Shown here: piece after piece, positions 60,235 through 64,000 of the stretch
Numbering within the stretch: the stretch's first letter is position 1
Layout of the letters: each line of letters begins with the position of its first letter
From: a virus
Lineage: Duplodnaviria; Caudoviricetes
DNA length: 64,000 bases
IMG/VR virus record: IMGVR_UViG_3300021592_000001
Span: 64,001-128,000 of that record
Reading direction: 5' to 3' (one strand)
Program-made: the position numbers and the translations under genes
The notes under the pieces: generated by a model
The model's input: only the letters and a program-made list of their open reading frames with translations
Databases searched by the model: none
What the model was told of the DNA's origin: nothing

Positions 60235-61179
60235 ATGGGCTTTACAAGAAAAGACCTTGAAGATCCAAATCTTTCACCTGCAGAAAGAAAAGAGCTGGAA
60301 ATGCTCTTAGCCAGATACATGGAATGCGACAAATGGGCAAAGAGAGCTCTTAAACCTGTTGGAGTTTTGATAACTTCGCATCCAGGTAACAGGGCTTATT
60401 TGAAGGCTTGTCTTGAGACCCATAGGAAGCTGGGATATTGGATAGTACTAGCTTACGATAACTATTTCCGAGAGGGAGACGGTGTTGACTATAGTCACTA
60501 CTTACCGCCAAGAGATGTTATGGACATGGTTGATACCTTCATAATGCCTCACCATCAAACATGGGGAGGTGTTCTATATCCATATTTTTGGTTGTTGAAA
60601 TTTGGATTTTCTGTCATGGTTGCCAACTTTGACTATATTTATTGCGTAAATGGTGATTGCATTCTGGAGAAGCCTGAGAACTTTCCCAAGCTTCTTGAGA
60701 TGATGGGTGATGCTGATATAATGGGTGTAGGATGGGAAACAAATCCTGATTGTTTTAATAGTACTGGGTTCATTATAAGAAGTAAAGTTGCTATTCCCTT
60801 TATAAAACACTTTCAGGATCATTTTATTCCGTTCGAAGTTTACGAAAAATATACGCAGGAATACGGCAACTGTGAAGCTAGAATGGCGAGAGCGATAAAA
60901 GACCTTAAACTGAAACAGTATATAGTTCCGAAAAATCCTTACAATACACAATTGCACAAGAAGGGAGGGACATGGTACGAAATTGTCGGATTTCGCCACA
61001 TTCACGCTGAACATGGTTATGCTTATCGATATAAAGGAGAACCTCCAGAGATCGAATATTTAGATCCAAGATTCATGGGTGGAGAATATAATGTAATAAA
61101 GAACTATTGGGAGCTTTCCAAGAAAGGAGACAAGGAGTCTGCTAGGAAAGTTCTCGAAGGATGGTGGTGCAAATCATGA
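60235..61179 (+). CDS. Putative GT-A-like transferase, paralog of 58192
   Basis: GVLITS..YL..L...VLAYD; FDYIYCVNGDCILEKP; WYEIVGFRHIHAE. Confidence 0.5.
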   Translation: MGFTRKDLEDPNLSPAERKELEMLLARYMECDKWAKRALKPVGVLITSHPGNRAYLKACLETHRKLGYWIVLAYDNYFREGDGVDYSHYLPPRDVMDMVDTFIMPHHQTWGGVLYPYFWLLKFGFSVMVANFDYIYCVNGDCILEKPENFPKLLEMMGDADIMGVGWETNPDCFNSTGFIIRSKVAIPFIKHFQDHFIPFEVYEKYTQEYGNCEARMARAIKDLKLKQYIVPKNPYNTQLHKKGGTWYEIVGFRHIHAEHGYAYRYKGEPPEIEYLDPRFMGGEYNVIKNYWELSKKGDKESARKVLEGWWCKS

Positions 61180-62429
61180 AACAGACTATATATCTACAAA
61201 ATGCGACTTCCCATAATCTGATTTTGTCTATTGGGCTATTCCTCAAACCAGGGCAGCGAAGGAAACTTCCCGAAGGTTACACGTTGGATGATCTGTCGAA
61301 GATAAAAGACGTTTCTACTTTCATCGAAAACGGAGACTTAAAAGTTACTACTGCTGGCTTCGACGTAGATGACCCGAATATTGATACAAGATCTCAGGTA
61401 ATAGATCTTATAGAGGCTTATGGAGGAGCTCCGCAACTTGCTACAACTCTCTACGTTTCTTCTGAAGACGGTTCTGACAAAGATGGTGATGGCTCTATTT
61501 CTTCACCGTTTAGAACTATAAGTAAAGCTCTTGAAGTCTTTGAGGGTATGATTGTTTCGTCCAACTGGTACTTGATGCGTCTTGTTCACATATTGCCCGG
61601 ATTCTATCCAGAAAATGTAATAGTCCCTCCAGGCAGGTTCATGCTTTATTCTAAAAATGCTACTATAGATGGCAGTCTAACTCTACGTAGGAATTCTGAT
61701 ATTAGCTCTTCAGCTATTGACCCTATAACAGGAATACCTACAGATAGGATGAAACATACAGTTAGAATTGTTGGCGGCGCGAAAGCGTGTGGCTTTAACT
61801 ATGATGGTGGAATTTTGTTCACACATGGTGTAATGGGGTCTTATTATTCTGATGTGGGAACTGCGGATTTAGACTTCCTAGTCTACAATACAGTATTCAA
61901 CGGAGGTTTTACTCCTAACGACGACTTCGGTAATCCACACAATAATCGTGGGAATATAAGAATGTACTTGTATTCCTCTGCTATAAAGGGAGAAATCCAT
62001 AGTCCTCTTCAAAATACGCTGTCTATAAGTTTGTCCGATTCAAAGATAGGTAGAATTTGCTCACATCCTCTCGGATTGCCAGAATACGGTACAGTAGAGT
62101 TTAGGAACATTTGTAACAGTCTTATTGAAGATATTGCTCTCGCAAACGGTGAATTTGACGTAGACCCTTCATCTACGTGGTTGAACTGTGAATTCTCATC
62201 GGTAACATCTATCATATCTACATTCCAAAGCGTTATAAAATTGGATTCTGTTACTTATAATAGCTTGACGAAGCAAAATCCTGCAATATTTAATGTAGAC
62301 TTTTCTTTAATCGACGACGCTAAAGGCATAAAATATGATGCTGGTGATGACTCTAATTGGGTTGGGTCTGTCCCAAAAACGGTTTCGGAAGCCTTAGATA
62401 GGATTGCCAGTTCTTTAGGTCCAATATAG
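61176..62429 (+). CDS. Beta-helix-like fibre/spike protein
   Basis: LYVSSEDGSD..GDGSISSPFRTISKAL N-cap, PGFYPENV; C-terminal PKTVSEALDRIA. Start at the ATGA overlap. Confidence 0.65.
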   Translation: MKQTIYLQNATSHNLILSIGLFLKPGQRRKLPEGYTLDDLSKIKDVSTFIENGDLKVTTAGFDVDDPNIDTRSQVIDLIEAYGGAPQLATTLYVSSEDGSDKDGDGSISSPFRTISKALEVFEGMIVSSNWYLMRLVHILPGFYPENVIVPPGRFMLYSKNATIDGSLTLRRNSDISSSAIDPITGIPTDRMKHTVRIVGGAKACGFNYDGGILFTHGVMGSYYSDVGTADLDFLVYNTVFNGGFTPNDDFGNPHNNRGNIRMYLYSSAIKGEIHSPLQNTLSISLSDSKIGRICSHPLGLPEYGTVEFRNICNSLIEDIALANGEFDVDPSSTWLNCEFSSVTSIISTFQSVIKLDSVTYNSLTKQNPAIFNVDFSLIDDAKGIKYDAGDDSNWVGSVPKTVSEALDRIASSLGPI

Positions 62430-62584
62430 TTATTTTGAATTTTTTGATGCCGAAATTGACATTTGACAGGAATTATGACCATTTTCACTACCATTAAGCG
62501 AATTTTGGAAATAAATACAGTTTCATTATAATGGTTTACATTCTACATTATAGGTAGGAAGAATTATAAAGAACGGAGGTAAGT

Positions 62585-62923
62585 ATGTCCGAAAAACTGT
62601 CTCGCAAGGCTATTAACAGCGTAGTTAGAGATCTCGAAAATCGGGGAGATTTTGTGCTTGCCGCTTCTATACAGGAAGTTCTCGGCTCGAAGGAGTCAAA
62701 GCGTACAGCTAAAATACGTTCGATAAAAATAGCAGCTAAGGCTCGTGACAAGATGGAGGAAGCTCTAAGGGATTTGCTGGAGAACAATTCTTCGATAAGA
62801 GAATACTGTAGTGATATTCTTAGTACGATGGATTCTGATCTTGATAAGCTCGAGGATCGCATTGCTAAGATTCTGTACGACTATTTGGAAATGAAGAGCC
62901 TCAATCAGGAAAGTAAGAAGTAA
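62585..62923 (+). CDS. Small protein with shared helical tag
   Basis: VVRDLENRGDFVLAASIQEVL; GGAGGT RBS. Confidence 0.7.
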   Translation: MSEKLSRKAINSVVRDLENRGDFVLAASIQEVLGSKESKRTAKIRSIKIAAKARDKMEEALRDLLENNSSIREYCSDILSTMDSDLDKLEDRIAKILYDYLEMKSLNQESKK

Positions 62924-62939
62924 AGCTAAAAGGAGAGAC

Positions 62940-63284
62940 ATGATGAAGAAGAGACCTGTAGGATTGTCCCAGAAACCAAAGAAAGCAAACAGACCTAAGC
63001 TGAAGAAGAAGGAAATTGATCTTCCAGGCAGAGATGAGACGCTAGTAAAGAGGCTATCTGGCGAGTCACCTGTTTATAAAGATCTTTTAAAGATAGGTGA
63101 ACGCTCCCTAGCAAGGAGGTTGTTTACGTTGGCATCGGCAACTGGTCGTAGAAAATTTTTCCGATCAGATGAAGACGGCAGGCAAGAGTTTATAGATCAC
63201 CTTAAAAAGCTGAGGAAAGAGGAAGGGATTAGTAAAGTTGACATTATTAAACTGCTGATGAAGTTTGTGTCTGAACACTTATAG
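62940..63284 (+). CDS. Small basic protein with internal helical tag
   Basis: VYKDLLKIGERSLARRLFTLASA; AGGAG RBS. Confidence 0.7.
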   Translation: MMKKRPVGLSQKPKKANRPKLKKKEIDLPGRDETLVKRLSGESPVYKDLLKIGERSLARRLFTLASATGRRKFFRSDEDGRQEFIDHLKKLRKEEGISKVDIIKLLMKFVSEHL

Positions 63285-63302
63285 ATAGAACGAGGATATG
63301 AC

Positions 63303-63479
63303 ATGATTGCTAGTAAAGCTAATATTGTAGCATCTTTCCTGATTGAAAAAGGTTTCGAGGGCCTAGCCGAAAGGTTGATTTCGACGTATGTGGAGATAGA
63401 TGATCGTCCGATATCTGAGCAGGATATAGAAGCGGAGATGAAATATGTTTTACATTTTATACCGACAGCGCAGCATTAA
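63303..63479 (+). CDS. 58-aa protein with shared helical tag (not in the ORF track)
   Basis: MIASKANIVASFLIEKGFEGLAERLIST...; GAGG RBS. Confidence 0.6.
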   Translation: MIASKANIVASFLIEKGFEGLAERLISTYVEIDDRPISEQDIEAEMKYVLHFIPTAQH

Positions 63480-63544
63480 TGGATTAATTACTTATATTTA
63501 TTATATTATTAATTAATTAAACAACACTAATAGGAGGTATAGAT

Positions 63545-63952
63545 ATGGCCAAGAAAAGGGCGAAACGAACCGCAAAGAGGACAGCTGGAAAGCGTGGTGC
63601 TGCTAGGAAAAAAGTTAGGCGCCAAAAATTGACTCACGAGGAGAAGCTTGCGAGAAGAAGACAGCGTAGGAAAGAGATAAAGGCAGGCAAAAGGAAAGTA
63701 GACCCTAAACGTTCAAGAGCTGCCAAAAAAGCTGCTGCGAAGAGAGCTGGTAAACCGTTATCTGAATCCACCAAAAAGAAGCTGTCAAAGGCTCTTAAGA
63801 AGGCATGGAGAAGCCTACCTAGTCTGAAGAAAAGGAAGAAAAAGGGTGGAGAAGGAAAAACATCCAAGAAGAGGGGAACTGGAAAGAAAAGAGGTAAAAA
63901 GACGAGAAAAGCAAGGAAAACAAGAAAAACCAGGAAGACTAGGAAGAGATAG
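63545..63952 (+). CDS. Lys/Arg-rich histone-H1/protamine-like DNA-binding protein
   Basis: Dominated by K/R; RKT repeats; NUMOD3-like GKPLSESTKKKLSKA; AGGAGGT RBS. Confidence 0.75.
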   Translation: MAKKRAKRTAKRTAGKRGAARKKVRRQKLTHEEKLARRRQRRKEIKAGKRKVDPKRSRAAKKAAAKRAGKPLSESTKKKLSKALKKAWRSLPSLKKRKKKGGEGKTSKKRGTGKKRGKKTRKARKTRKTRKTRKR

Positions 63953-63961
63953 AATCTGATG

Positions 63962-64000
63962 TAGAGGGAGATTCATAACGGGTCTCCCTCTATTCATTTT
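63962..64000 (+). terminator. Intrinsic terminator
   Basis: Stem TAGAGGGAGA (63962-63971) / TCTCCCTCTA (63983-63992) followed by TTCATTTT. Confidence 0.75.

Noticed and set aside
62456..62490. Tandem TTGACA boxes as sigma70 promoters (also 19392-19387 on the minus strand)
   Set aside because: No convincing -10 hexamer at 16-18 bp spacing, so they were not called as promoters.
1..64000. Archaeal virus, Borg-like element or eukaryotic giant virus; alternative genetic code
   Set aside because: RecA, DnaX, DnaG, a sigma70-like gene and Shine-Dalgarno sites point to a bacterial host. TAA, TAG and TGA all end genes at tight junctions, so there is no sign of recoding.

Overview
This 64 kb window looks like part of a large tailed bacteriophage genome. 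It uses the standard code, has strong AGGAGG/GGAGG ribosome-binding sites and tightly overlapped genes, and switches strand once at about 19.25-19.56 kb. No capsid, terminase or portal gene is recognisable in the window, so the phage call rests on gene content. The left arm (minus strand) is a replication/recombination block: SbcC/Rad50 (partial), two amino-DNA methyltransferases (one split into two genes and carrying a LAGLIDADG intein), a HAD nucleotidase, a DnaX-like clamp loader, SbcD/Mre11, RecA, an HD nuclease, a gp32-like SSB, a truncated sigma70-like factor, a SWIM protein, a Cas4-like nuclease, a DnaG-type primase and a RuvC-like resolvase. It also holds a symmetric non-coding element of five hairpins at 7675-7945, a candidate origin. 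The right arm (plus strand) encodes putative virion proteins and a family of small proteins sharing a ~25-aa helical tag. Its most striking content is five modular proteins with enormous poly-serine tracts (roughly 3,300 codons in total by hand count; the longest tract is about 1,417 codons). These tracts link dockerin-like, BppU-like, discoidin, LamG and SPRY domains. The genes are interleaved with a GT9/methyltransferase/GT4 fusion, two paralogous GT-A-like proteins, several SAM methyltransferases and a DegT sugar aminotransferase. The best candidate for an undescribed system is therefore a phage-encoded pathway that builds glycosylated poly-serine virion appendages. All family assignments come from reading motifs by eye; no database search was run.
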